Of a stretch of 43,386 bases of DNA, positions 16,285-26,040 are shown piece after piece. The translations under genes and the position numbers were made by a program. The stretch is from a virus. Lineage: Duplodnaviria > Caudoviricetes. How positions within the stretch are numbered: the first letter of the stretch is position 1; every line of letters starts with the position of its first letter. The notes under the pieces are model-generated. The model saw nothing but the letters and a program-made list of their open reading frames with translations. It had not been told where the DNA came from and searched no databases. The stretch spans positions 1 to 43,386 of the IMG/VR virus record IMGVR_UViG_3300047202_000076; one strand, given 5' to 3'.

Positions 16285-17259
16285 ATGCCGGAAGAAATAA
16301 TAGCCACAACCCCGACCCCTGCCGAAGGGACAACGGGGACGACTGACGCGATTGATATTTCAAAATATATCAATAATGACGGTACGTTCAGGGAGGGTTA
16401 TAAAGATGCTCTCGTGCCGGAAGAATTGAGAACGAACAAGTTCTACGACATCTTCCACGACATTCAGGGTATTATGAAGGCTGCCGGGCACCAGGCGGTA
16501 ACTTTAGGTAAATACGGGACTACGAAGGGCGTATTACCGATAAATGAAAAATCCTCACCTTACGAGGTTGAGGCGTTCCGTGCGGCTATGGGCGTGCCGA
16601 AGGATGGGGCAGGTTATAAATACGCCCCGCCAGAGGACATTTCGTCAGAGGATTTAAGCCCTGAATTCATGAAGGAAGTAAACGAAAGTTTCAATAAAGC
16701 ACATTATACACAGGCGCAATATGACACAGCAATAAATCTTTATACGAATCACCTGCGACTTATCGAAAAGGTGGTCGATGAGGAACTTTCCCGACAGGTC
16801 TCGGATGCTGAGAATCGCCTGCGGGGCGAATGGGGCGATATGTTCGATGCGAGAACAAATCTTGCAAGGGCGTTCATTACCAAGATGGCAGGTGGCTGGA
16901 GTCCTGAAAAATACAATGAGTTGTTTGGTGAAGAAGTAACCATCCAGAATGAGGACGGCACTCAAGAGACAATGAGAAAAGGCGGAATTAACGATGCTGA
17001 ATTTGCGCCGTTCCGACCATTGCTGCTGGACTTATTTGCTACCATCGAGGAAAAATACGGAATTGAGGATAGTGCTTTATTTTCTGAATTTACAGGTGCA
17101 GGTGTAAAGAGCATACAACAGCAGATTGAGGATATTGAGGCAACGCCTGGCTTTATGGATGGTAAACTGCGTGGCTCGATGGATTCAAAAGACAGGGCAA
17201 AATATGAGGAATTAGTAAAACAACGGGATGCGCTTTACAAAAAGATGTATCCAGGTTAA
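16285..17259 (+). CDS. Capsid scaffolding protein
   Basis: Position before MCP; acidic; AENRLRGEWG motif. Confidence 0.8.
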   Translation: MPEEIIATTPTPAEGTTGTTDAIDISKYINNDGTFREGYKDALVPEELRTNKFYDIFHDIQGIMKAAGHQAVTLGKYGTTKGVLPINEKSSPYEVEAFRAAMGVPKDGAGYKYAPPEDISSEDLSPEFMKEVNESFNKAHYTQAQYDTAINLYTNHLRLIEKVVDEELSRQVSDAENRLRGEWGDMFDARTNLARAFITKMAGGWSPEKYNELFGEEVTIQNEDGTQETMRKGGINDAEFAPFRPLLLDLFATIEEKYGIEDSALFSEFTGAGVKSIQQQIEDIEATPGFMDGKLRGSMDSKDRAKYEELVKQRDALYKKMYPG

Positions 17260-17271
17260 TATAAGTAAAAT

Positions 17272-17390
17272 CCTGGTCAATCCCTCACGGGGAAACCAGG
17301 TTGACATTCTGAAAGAAGGACATCGACCGGATGTAAAACGCAGGAGTCCCTGGTAACAGATAACTCTCCAAAAGTGGTTTGAATAATTAG
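17272..17390 (+). promoter_or_regulatory. Structured leader of the capsid gene
   Basis: CCTGGT/ACCAGG stem with inner CCC/GGG hairpin and further short stems in a 150-bp intergenic gap. Confidence 0.4.
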
Positions 17391-17413
17391 AAACTGTTTT
17401 TAAGGAGATTATT

Positions 17414-18373
17414 ATGTTACCAGTAACGATTGATAACGCTTTCAAACGGGAGTATGCGGCGACATTCGAGCACGTTTTTCAACAAACAATGTCCGAATTG
17501 CGCCAGACCGTCAGGAACGAGCATCAGGAAGGCGAGATGAAATTGTGGGACTTTGTCGGCGAGACCAGCGGTCAATGGGACTTGCCGAGAAATTCGGATA
17601 CGCCTGATATTCCCACACCTTATACGAGAAGAAAAAATGTTTTGCACAGGTGGAACTGGGGCGAATATATCGACACCTGGGATAAGATTAAAGCCCTCAA
17701 AGACCCTACCAGTGATACTATTAAGGCCGCTGTATCCGCCGCAAATCGAGCTTTTGACGAGCGAGTTCTCCAGGCTGCTGCTGCGATTGTTTATACGGGC
17801 AAAGAGGGTTCTACTGCCGTTAATAGCTACGATGTAGGTGAATGCCGTCTTATCAATAGTGATGGCACTGAAGTAACGGCGGGCAGTAATTTTTCGGCTG
17901 CGACAGAAATTGCACTCAAGCTCAAAACAATCGCCCTTATCGGCAAATTGATGGACGATGCGTCCGTTCCGCAAAATGACAGGCATATCGTTTGCAATAC
18001 AGACCAGAAGTGGTATCTGCTCGGCTCGACAAAGGCGACAAGCGCCGATTATAACGGCATCAGGGCATTGGTTCACGGTGAGATGAACACTTACCTCGGA
18101 TTCACCTTCCATTGGCTGCCGAGCAATAGGTTTACTGTCAGCTCCGTTGAGGCAAGCAGCGATTGTCTCGAATGCTGCGCTTATCATAAGAGCGCAATGC
18201 TGCTCGGAATGGCAAAAGATATTGTTACAAGTGTTGATACGATTCCGACAAAAAAGAACAGTGTACTTGCTCAGGCCGAGATGTTTGTCGGTGCAGTCAG
18301 ATTGCAGGGGCCTGGCGTGGTCAGATTCCTGCTCAAGAAATCGCCGACACTTGATTTTGCGCAAACTGATTAG
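17414..18373 (+). CDS. Major capsid protein
   Basis: QQTMSELR, RNSDTP, IDTWDKIK...DPTS, ALVHGEMNTYLGFTF, GAVRLQGPGVV; AAGGAG RBS. Confidence 0.92.
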   Translation: MLPVTIDNAFKREYAATFEHVFQQTMSELRQTVRNEHQEGEMKLWDFVGETSGQWDLPRNSDTPDIPTPYTRRKNVLHRWNWGEYIDTWDKIKALKDPTSDTIKAAVSAANRAFDERVLQAAAAIVYTGKEGSTAVNSYDVGECRLINSDGTEVTAGSNFSAATEIALKLKTIALIGKLMDDASVPQNDRHIVCNTDQKWYLLGSTKATSADYNGIRALVHGEMNTYLGFTFHWLPSNRFTVSSVEASSDCLECCAYHKSAMLLGMAKDIVTSVDTIPTKKNSVLAQAEMFVGAVRLQGPGVVRFLLKKSPTLDFAQTD

Positions 18374-18413
18374 TTTTGAATTGAATTGAAATTCTTTTTA
18401 AGGAGATTTTATT

Positions 18414-19220
18414 ATGAAAGAATTAACTCCAAACAGGAGAAATCTGGGTCTGGAAATTGAGCGAGATGGCAGGCCGATGGATAATGGTTTGTATGTCGCC
18501 ACCGATGACCAGCTTTTCCACGCAGGCAAAAGAATCCTATCGTGGGATGGTTGCGTCTATAAATATTCTTATGGCGTAACCACAATGATAGAGGATAGAC
18601 TTGCATGGCAAAGTTATTCTCAACATATTGATTATGGCGCTACCGTTGCCGCCACCACCGTTGCCGGAGATTCATCTTTTAAGGTGGATATAAGTGCCGC
18701 TATGGGTAAGGCCGATGATGGTGTAATCGCAGAAGATGAATTGATGGGCGGTCGTGTAATTGTGTATTCCGATACAATCGCAACCATACAAAGAGGCATT
18801 GTCGGGAATAGCGCTGTTGCTACCGGCGAAATGACGTTGTACGTAGATGCCCCGATTGACAGAATTTTGACTGTCGATGCCAGCTTCGTTGAAGCAATAT
18901 GCAATCCCTGGCGATTCGTTAGCACTGGTGAAGGCGGCGGAGTTCGTAGTATGGTTGGGTTGCCCAATGTTGTAACGGCGGCTACTGCAAAGTGGTTATG
19001 GCTTCAAACGTGGGGGCCGTGCTGGGTTGCGCCTCAAGGCCCTCTTGCCGATGCTGCTCACGATTTGGAGGTTGTTGCGAGGTCTGATGGCAGTGTTCAG
19101 GCACACGAGTACGGGACTGCGATGGCGACATTGCAACAGCACGTTGGGTTCATTCTCTCTCACGCTGCTAACGGAACTCAAGGAGCACCGTTCTGGATGA
19201 TGCAGATTTCACCTTGTTAA
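18414..19220 (+). CDS. Putative capsid decoration/structural protein
   Basis: Follows MCP; DGCVYKY...WLQTWGPC. Confidence 0.7.
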   Translation: MKELTPNRRNLGLEIERDGRPMDNGLYVATDDQLFHAGKRILSWDGCVYKYSYGVTTMIEDRLAWQSYSQHIDYGATVAATTVAGDSSFKVDISAAMGKADDGVIAEDELMGGRVIVYSDTIATIQRGIVGNSAVATGEMTLYVDAPIDRILTVDASFVEAICNPWRFVSTGEGGGVRSMVGLPNVVTAATAKWLWLQTWGPCWVAPQGPLADAAHDLEVVARSDGSVQAHEYGTAMATLQQHVGFILSHAANGTQGAPFWMMQISPC

Positions 19221-19232
19221 AGGACAATAAAG

Positions 19233-19427
19233 ATGAATTTTGGTCGTGCAGAGTTAGTACCGAATAACGTAAGTGATAAAGACCTCAAAGATGAGGTCAA
19301 TAGGCGGACAGCCAGGGCGGGTTACACCACCCGCTTTGGCGAATCGCCTTCCAGAACAAAAATTATGGCACAACCGCCAACGAAACAGTATGAAGAAAAT
19401 TACGTCAGGATTTTCGGACACGATTGA
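19233..19427 (+). CDS. Hypothetical protein
   Basis: 64-aa ORF ending YEENYVRIFG. Confidence 0.7.
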   Translation: MNFGRAELVPNNVSDKDLKDEVNRRTARAGYTTRFGESPSRTKIMAQPPTKQYEENYVRIFGHD

Positions 19428-19435
19428 GGTAATTT

Positions 19436-20335
19436 ATGTCTCTAACGGAATTAGAAATCGTCGTGTGTAATCAGTCAGTCGATAAAATCGGTGCGAAGAA
19501 AACACTTACATTGGCTATCCAGACTTCCAACGAGGGTATTAAGTGCAACTTGCATTATTCTCAGACCAGGGATGCTTTGCTTCGCAGTTTCGATTGGAAT
19601 TTTGCTTCTGCCCGTGCCGAATTGACTCTTTTGCAGACATTGACGCTTGATTCTTCGCCCAAACACGATGTGTGGGCGGTCGGCGATGTGATAACTGGAA
19701 CTTCGTCTTATACAACCGCTACAGTTGTTTCCGTTACGAGCAATATAGAATACGAAATTGCATATATATCCGGCGATTTCACGGATGGCGAAACGATAAC
19801 CAACGCAATCGATATTGCAGTTCTTACTTGGGAAGGCATACCGCTCGAATACGAAGATGAGACCTTGCTTTGGTATGATGAATCGGCAAGTGATGATGTT
19901 AAATGCGGCACAGGGTATCCGACAGTTGCAGATTTACCACCCGATTTTGAGTGGAGCTATAAATTCAAATTACCAGATGATTTTTTGCGGTTAAAGTCGG
20001 ATTACACGGCGGATGAGACGCTTGGCGTTAATGACAGGTTTACGATAGAAGGCAAATATCTACTGACTAACGATGATGAGGCCGAGGTTCGATACATCAG
20101 GAAAGTTACCGACCCTGCGGAATTCGACCCGTTATTTACGGAAGTTCTGATTTTGCAACTTGCTCTTAAATTAGTTAATCCTCTGGCCGGAACGAATACA
20201 TCTCAATTAAAGCGGGATTTGAAACAAGACCTTGCTGATGCAATGAGACGAGCAAGAACGGTATGCAGTACAGAAATAAATGTCAGTGGTAGAAGCGACT
20301 GGAACCTGGCGAGGTATGGTTCGGGAAAAGTATGA
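19436..20335 (+). CDS. Tail tubular protein A (adaptor) with inserted domain
   Basis: VCNQSVDKIG, RDALLRSFDWNFA, KLPDDFLRL, FDPLFTEVL. Confidence 0.85.
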   Translation: MSLTELEIVVCNQSVDKIGAKKTLTLAIQTSNEGIKCNLHYSQTRDALLRSFDWNFASARAELTLLQTLTLDSSPKHDVWAVGDVITGTSSYTTATVVSVTSNIEYEIAYISGDFTDGETITNAIDIAVLTWEGIPLEYEDETLLWYDESASDDVKCGTGYPTVADLPPDFEWSYKFKLPDDFLRLKSDYTADETLGVNDRFTIEGKYLLTNDDEAEVRYIRKVTDPAEFDPLFTEVLILQLALKLVNPLAGTNTSQLKRDLKQDLADAMRRARTVCSTEINVSGRSDWNLARYGSGKV

Positions 20336-20847
20336 AACGAATATCATTAACACAAAATAAGTTTGCAATTGTTGATGATGAAGATTACGCCGAACTCTCT
20401 AAATATAAATGGTGTGCGGCAAACCATAAAGGTAAATGGTGTGCAGTTCGATATTCAAAAGAAGAATATAGAAAAACAGGAAGTCGTGGCACTCTTGTTT
20501 CTATGCACAGACAAATAATGAAGGCTGAAAAAAGAGAACAGATTGACCACAAAGACGGAAACGAATTAAACAATCAAAAAGAGAATTTAAGATTTTCAAC
20601 GCAACAGCAAAATGTTTTCAATCAAATGCCTATTAGACAAGGAACGAGCAAATACAAAGGTGTATCGTGGTGCAGGGAATCCCACGATTGGTATGCAAGT
20701 ATCAAACATAACGGGAAAAGTAAAAATCTTGGACATTTTATTAACGAAATAAATGCCGCAAAAGCATACGATACTGCGGCAAAACAATTATTTGGGGAGT
20801 TCGCAAGAACTAATTTCCCAAAAGAAAGAAAGGTGCTTTACGGCTGA
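20332..20847 (+). CDS. HNH-AP2 homing endonuclease
   Basis: AIVDDED, MHRQIM, IDHKDGNELNNQKENLR, SKYKGVSW, AAKAYD. Confidence 0.92.
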   Translation: MKRISLTQNKFAIVDDEDYAELSKYKWCAANHKGKWCAVRYSKEEYRKTGSRGTLVSMHRQIMKAEKREQIDHKDGNELNNQKENLRFSTQQQNVFNQMPIRQGTSKYKGVSWCRESHDWYASIKHNGKSKNLGHFINEINAAKAYDTAAKQLFGEFARTNFPKERKVLYG

Positions 20848-21202
20848 CGCAAAAGAAAAAATAGGTATGGCTTTATTAAGCTCTACGGTAGTGGATATGA
20901 AAACGGCACAGGCAAACACGCTCTATACCGTTCCAACTGGAAAGGTTTGCCGGATTTCTCACGTTGTTGTGAGAGACCCGACCGCGTCTCTCGCAGGGGG
21001 GACGAGTTACAGCATTACAAACTGGAAACAGGCGTTTAGTCTGGCCACCGTAACAGGAGCAACTTATTATATCGTTATTGACAACGAAAACGTTGCGTAT
21101 GTTGAAACTGCTGCGGGAGTGTCAATCCAGCTTACCGTTACTACGGGTTCGACCCTGGCGGCAAATGCAACGATAGATTTGTTCGGCTACCTCTCTGCTT
21201 AA
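20840..21202 (+). CDS. Putative virion protein; start appears to be ACG
   Basis: AAGGTG RBS then ACG GCT GAC GCA AAA GAA AAA; LYTVPTGK motif; alternative ATG 27 nt downstream. Confidence 0.7.
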   Translation, partial: TADAKEKIGMALLSSTVVDMKTAQANTLYTVPTGKVCRISHVVVRDPTASLAGGTSYSITNWKQAFSLATVTGATYYIVIDNENVAYVETAAGVSIQLTVTTGSTLAANATIDLFGYLSA

Positions 21203-21211
21203 AGGTGATTG

Positions 21212-21721
21212 ATGTATGAGATTAAGTTCGGATATGTTTCCGGCTACTCACTTATTTTCGCCGCATTTCAGCCGAGTGGTGCTGGTCGGGGAATCGCCAA
21301 CCAGCCGTTACCGGAGATTCGACCGACAGGTTTTTATATTGCCACGCCGATTACCGACCTTGAAGTTGGCGATGTGGTTTTGGTGTATAATCTCGAAACT
21401 CTTTATTGGGAAGATGACCCGCTTTACATTGAGACCGAAGATTTTCTTACTTATGAAGGTGAAAGACTTCATTGGGAAGGTGAATGGCTGATGTGGCCGG
21501 ATGATACTATCAGTGATGTCTTGACCTGGGTCGGCGACCCGCTCGGTGCGGGAGAATACGAGTCGCCAATTGATTTTGCGGCGGACTTGACTGGCCTCGA
21601 AGCAAAAGTGGATGTAGTAGATGAGAACGTCGACTTATTGATTGTCGAGGCGCAGAGAGTGAATAATGTTTACGATGAAACCATCGTGCCAACAACTGTA
21701 ACTGTGATTAAGAATTTATAA
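21212..21721 (+). CDS. Acidic putative virion protein with L-x-[YW]-E-[GD] repeats
   Basis: LYWED, LTYEG, LHWEG. Confidence 0.75.
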   Translation: MYEIKFGYVSGYSLIFAAFQPSGAGRGIANQPLPEIRPTGFYIATPITDLEVGDVVLVYNLETLYWEDDPLYIETEDFLTYEGERLHWEGEWLMWPDDTISDVLTWVGDPLGAGEYESPIDFAADLTGLEAKVDVVDENVDLLIVEAQRVNNVYDETIVPTTVTVIKNL

Positions 21722-22848
21722 TGGCAAATATACCGATAATCAGGTTCAATAAAGGTGAGACGACCCCGAAGACCGATGCCCGAATAGATACAGAAATGTA
21801 TGAGGGTAGTTGCCGTCATCTTGAGAATATGCTTCCCTTGATTTATGGCTGTGTTGAGCGAAGGCCAGGTACTTATTACATCACATCCGCTTACGGTGCT
21901 GCACAGATAGTCCGAATGATTCCGTTCATATATTCCTCTGAAATTGCTTATGAATTGGAGTTTGGCAATTTATTTATCAGGGTACTTTACGATGACGAAG
22001 TTATTGAGACAATTTCATCGCCATATAAGATTGATGACTTATTCCAGATTCAATACAAGCAGGTCGGCGATGTAATGTGGCTCGTTCACCCATCCTATAA
22101 ACAAAGAAAACTTACAAGGACAAGTGCAACAACCTTTTCGCTCGATGTCATATCATTTACCAAGGGGCCGTTCCTGACAAGGAATGATTTGATTGACCCT
22201 GATGAGACCGATGCGTCGACTATGTCTTGCACGGCCATTGCCGTTGGTGCTACAGGAACTCTTACCTGCACGGGCGAGATTTTCGATGCACTTCACGTTG
22301 GTGCGCTTTTCAAATTGATTCATCCGAGAGTTACAACCAAAATATCTCAATCCGGTGCTGGCACAAGCTCTACTCTTTCGGATGTCAAGGGTACTTGTTC
22401 GTTTGTTACTACCGGAACGTGGAAAGGTACTGTGATTCTTCAAAGGCGGGAAAATTCGACATCAGATAACGACTGGGAAGATTACAGAACTTATGAGGCA
22501 TTGACTTCAGGAGCAAGAAACGATTCTCTGTCTTTTGTGGAAGATGCCGATAACGTTCAATATCGTATATATGCCGTTGCCGGAATGTCGGCGAATTTCG
22601 GGGCGACTTTGACTAATAACAATCCCACACAGGAAGGTATTATTCGGATAAATTCAATAAATACCGAATTAAGCGCTGAGGTAACTGTTTTGACGGCTCT
22701 TGCATCCATAAACGCCACTAAAAGATGGGCAGAAGGTTGCTGGAGTGATTATAGAGGTTATCCCTCCTCAATTACTTTTATGGATGGTAGGTGTATTTAC
22801 GGTGGCGCTTCCGTGATTGCTGAACAAATAGTCGAAGCGCCGGAATAA
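21721..22848 (+). CDS. Tail tubular protein B (nozzle), N-terminal part
   Basis: FNKGE..P...RID, LENMLPLIYGCVERRPGT, QVGDVMWLVHP, WSDYRGYPSSITF. Confidence 0.88.
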   Translation: MANIPIIRFNKGETTPKTDARIDTEMYEGSCRHLENMLPLIYGCVERRPGTYYITSAYGAAQIVRMIPFIYSSEIAYELEFGNLFIRVLYDDEVIETISSPYKIDDLFQIQYKQVGDVMWLVHPSYKQRKLTRTSATTFSLDVISFTKGPFLTRNDLIDPDETDASTMSCTAIAVGATGTLTCTGEIFDALHVGALFKLIHPRVTTKISQSGAGTSSTLSDVKGTCSFVTTGTWKGTVILQRRENSTSDNDWEDYRTYEALTSGARNDSLSFVEDADNVQYRIYAVAGMSANFGATLTNNNPTQEGIIRINSINTELSAEVTVLTALASINATKRWAEGCWSDYRGYPSSITFMDGRCIYGGASVIAEQIVEAPE

Positions 22849-22877
22849 TTAGATGTGATTTATTTTGGAAGTTTGTA

Positions 22878-24884
22878 ATGGCAGTATTAAAACAATCGTG
22901 GACGACATTAAGTAGCGAGTTGGCTGTTTATTATAGCGCTGCACAAACATTTTATGCCAGTGAAGATTATGAATTAGTGCAAATAGATTTAAAATTGGCA
23001 CGTTCTGCTACGCACGATTTTACCGTTGATGTTTATTTATATGATGTTGATGTTAATCACAAACCTAATAATCAGTTGGATTATTTCGGAAGCATTGCCA
23101 GTAATGATTTAGGCACATCTCTTGCGTGGAAAACTTTTAATTCTGGCTCTTACAATGTTGTTAATGGAACAGAATATGCTATTTTAGTATCAGTTAATAT
23201 TGTCAGTGGTTATCTGCGTTGGTCAAATAGAAATGGATATACTGGTATCGGATGGACTCAAGAGGTTGATGATGTATGGGTAGATTACGGCGTAGATTGG
23301 CACTTCAAAACTTATACTGTAGATGCTCCTTCTAAACCAATAAATCCTACACCAACCAACGGAGCAACAGATGTTGATATAGACCAAGCCACAATAAGTT
23401 GGGAGGATGGCGGTGGGGCTACGTCTTATGATGTATATTATGGAGAAAATGAGGCAGGATTAACTTTGGTTTCAGAAGGTCAAACTGAAACTTCTTTTAC
23501 AATTACCGGAATAGAATACGGTTCTCCATTTGATTATGAAGTAAGTCGTACCTGGATGGTTAATGCTATCAATGCAGGTGGAACTACAGAAGGGGATATT
23601 TGGACTTTTACAACAGAAAGTTATTCAGTTATATCCGCAGAACCAAAAGACCCTCGGCTCTGGTTTTCTGAAGTGGATGATTTTGAAAATTTCGAGGAAG
23701 ATGTAAAAGACGCTGATTCGTTTTCTCTGACCATTCCTGCAACTAACGAAATCAGGTGGATTGAAGCGCTCGAGGCCTTGATTGTCGGTACTTCCGGCGA
23801 GGAGTGGAAGGTCGGCTCGAATGATTTCGGCACTCCAATTACGCCTACGAATTATACCATCAAGCAGCAGTCGAGTTACGGCAGCAGGAACATCCAGCCC
23901 GCCAAAGTTAATGAGCAGATTCTTTTTATCGATTTCGTGGGACGAAAAGTCAGAGAATTGACTTATTCCGATTCTGTCCAGAAATTCGTATCGCCGGATT
24001 TAACAGCTCTTGCCGAGCATATCACATTGTCGGGAATAGTCTGCATAGCACATCAAAGAAATCCTGACTCAATTTTATGGGCAGTTCTCGATGATGGCTC
24101 TTTAATCTCTATGACTTACGAAAGAGAGCAGGACGTTGTTGCTTGGGCAAAGCAACCGATAGACGGCAGAGTCCAGTCGGTTTGTGTTTCGCCAAGTGCA
24201 AATGAGGATAAGATAACATTGTCTATTGCCAGGGACGAAACCCTTACTTACGAAGGTGCGATTCTTACTTATGAAGGTGAAACCCTTACTTATGAAGTTG
24301 TATATATTGAGAAAATGATGTCGAGAAATTTCGGGACGGAGTTAGAGGATGCTTTCTTTGTCGATTGTGGTATCACTTACGAGGGAACTGCGACATCTAC
24401 GATAACGGGATTAAGCCATCTTGAAGGCAAGACAGTTAAAGTTTTGGGTAATGGTGTGGTTTTTGATGATGCCGTAGTTTCAGGTGGACAGATAACTACT
24501 AAACTGGCAGGAGTAACAACTACAGTTACGAAAGCGCAGGTCGGATTGCCTTATATTCCGGTTCTTGAGCCGATGAAGCCGGTGATAAATACAGAAATGG
24601 GTTCTTCGGTAGCAAGCATCGTGTCAGTCAAGGAAATGGGTATATCGTTTTTGGACACGGCAGGCGCTAAATGCGGGACTTCGCTCGATGATATGCAGGA
24701 TATAGATTTTGACGACTCAAGATGGACAAATACTTCTGAAATTGAAGGTTTATTTACAGGCACGGTTGTGGTAAGTGTTGACGGTGGATTTTCGCTCGAT
24801 AACCCGTTGATTATATCGAGTGATAGTCCGTTGCCTCTCTGTGTCCGTGCCTTAATACCCCGATTAGATATTAGTGGGCGTTAG
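22878..24884 (+). CDS. Tail tubular protein B, C-terminal part, with about 250 aa of extra N-terminal beta-rich domains
   Basis: RLWFSEVDDFENF, LIVGTSGEEW, SPDLTALAEHI, FFVDCG, GLSHLEGKTV. Confidence 0.88.
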   Translation: MAVLKQSWTTLSSELAVYYSAAQTFYASEDYELVQIDLKLARSATHDFTVDVYLYDVDVNHKPNNQLDYFGSIASNDLGTSLAWKTFNSGSYNVVNGTEYAILVSVNIVSGYLRWSNRNGYTGIGWTQEVDDVWVDYGVDWHFKTYTVDAPSKPINPTPTNGATDVDIDQATISWEDGGGATSYDVYYGENEAGLTLVSEGQTETSFTITGIEYGSPFDYEVSRTWMVNAINAGGTTEGDIWTFTTESYSVISAEPKDPRLWFSEVDDFENFEEDVKDADSFSLTIPATNEIRWIEALEALIVGTSGEEWKVGSNDFGTPITPTNYTIKQQSSYGSRNIQPAKVNEQILFIDFVGRKVRELTYSDSVQKFVSPDLTALAEHITLSGIVCIAHQRNPDSILWAVLDDGSLISMTYEREQDVVAWAKQPIDGRVQSVCVSPSANEDKITLSIARDETLTYEGAILTYEGETLTYEVVYIEKMMSRNFGTELEDAFFVDCGITYEGTATSTITGLSHLEGKTVKVLGNGVVFDDAVVSGGQITTKLAGVTTTVTKAQVGLPYIPVLEPMKPVINTEMGSSVASIVSVKEMGISFLDTAGAKCGTSLDDMQDIDFDDSRWTNTSEIEGLFTGTVVVSVDGGFSLDNPLIISSDSPLPLCVRALIPRLDISGR

Positions 24885-24945
24885 AAAGAATGATTGAAAA
24901 AAGAAAAAAGTCGGCAAAAAAGAAAAGCATTTTTTACCTTCTATA

Positions 24946-24974
24946 AATATAGGTTATTTTTGAAAGAAAGTCAA
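24946..24974 (-). promoter_or_regulatory. Antisense promoter inside the late operon
   Basis: TTGACT-17 bp-TATATT, followed by RBS and a 19-codon ORF (24871-24930). Confidence 0.5.
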
Positions 24975-25087
24975 GTAAGTGTTGTTTTTTATAGTAAAAA
25001 CAGGGATAAAAATTTATTAGACACTTGTTTATTAGGACATTAAGATTGGACATTTAGTTAGATAGGACAAAGTCAAGTTGAGAAAAG

Positions 25088-25510
25088 ATGATTGAAATTC
25101 GTGATGCTTTGCAAAGTGATTTGGATTTGGTCAGGCAGGATTCGATAGACGTTGCCGCAAAGAATTATCCTAATTGGGACTTAAACGGCTGGGCAAAGAC
25201 GGCTCTTATAGACGGCCAGATTATTGGGGTGGGTGGCTGTGTCGTTTATTGGGAAGGCGTTGGCGAAGGGTGGTTCTGCCTGTCGAAAAAAGCACTTGAG
25301 CATAAAATTGGGATATTTAAGTGTATCCAGAGGATTATCGAGCAGGCATTTTTGGAATTGAAATTGAAACGTATGCAGGTAAGTGAGCGGGCAGATTCCT
25401 CGCAGACAATAAAAATGGCTGAAGCATTGGGTTTTAATCGGGAAGGTCTTATGAAGTCCTACCTGCCTGACGGGACGGATGCTTATCTCTACGCACTTGT
25501 AAGGGAATGA
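25088..25510 (+). CDS. GNAT-family acetyltransferase-like protein
   Basis: IIGVGG...WEGVGEGW, KRMQ, ALGFNREGLMKSY; usual position after tail B. Confidence 0.85.
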   Translation: MIEIRDALQSDLDLVRQDSIDVAAKNYPNWDLNGWAKTALIDGQIIGVGGCVVYWEGVGEGWFCLSKKALEHKIGIFKCIQRIIEQAFLELKLKRMQVSERADSSQTIKMAEALGFNREGLMKSYLPDGTDAYLYALVRE

Positions 25511-25513
25511 TAT

Positions 25514-26038
25514 ATGGGTCTTACAGCATTGGGAATAGGTCTTATTGCAGGCACACAAGTATATGGCGGCATTGCTGCCGCACAGGAAGGCGCATCTGCG
25601 CAGGCGATGGCAAATTATAACGCTGCCGTTAAGGAACAGGATGCGAAAGCTATAGAGCAAAAAACGGCCTTCGAGCAGAAAAGAGATGCGGAAGCGGCTG
25701 AAAGAATAAAAAGTACGATGCAGGCCGGAATGGGCGAGGCCGGAGCGGTAACTACGGTAGGTACTCCGCTTTTAATACAGGCAAAGCAGGCGTCCGAATT
25801 GGAACTTAAAAATCTTATGATTGGCTATGAAGGCGCAACCGAAGCAGCACGGGCAAGAAGCGAAGCTGCCGGATATAAAATGGAAGGTAAAATAGCAAGA
25901 CGAAAAGGTCGAGCCGGAATGATAGGCGGATTCTTGGGTGCAGGCGGGACTTTGCTTACAGGTTTTAGTGGAATGGACTGGGGTAAAGGCGGCGGTGGTT
26001 TAACAAAAGAAGGCAAAGCGACTTTATTGAGGTATTAA
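25514..26038 (+). CDS. Internal virion (ejection) protein, small
   Basis: Ala/Gly-rich; AMANYNAAV..Q, GTPL. Confidence 0.8.
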   Translation: MGLTALGIGLIAGTQVYGGIAAAQEGASAQAMANYNAAVKEQDAKAIEQKTAFEQKRDAEAAERIKSTMQAGMGEAGAVTTVGTPLLIQAKQASELELKNLMIGYEGATEAARARSEAAGYKMEGKIARRKGRAGMIGGFLGAGGTLLTGFSGMDWGKGGGGLTKEGKATLLRY

Positions 26039-26040
26039 AA

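Noticed and set aside
17417-18364. 315-aa antisense ORF over the major capsid gene
   Set aside because: Shadow ORF in register with the capsid codons; no motif or RBS.
22849-23624. Group I/II intron or intein in tail tubular B
   Set aside because: The insert is nearly all coding with no visible intron core or intein termini.
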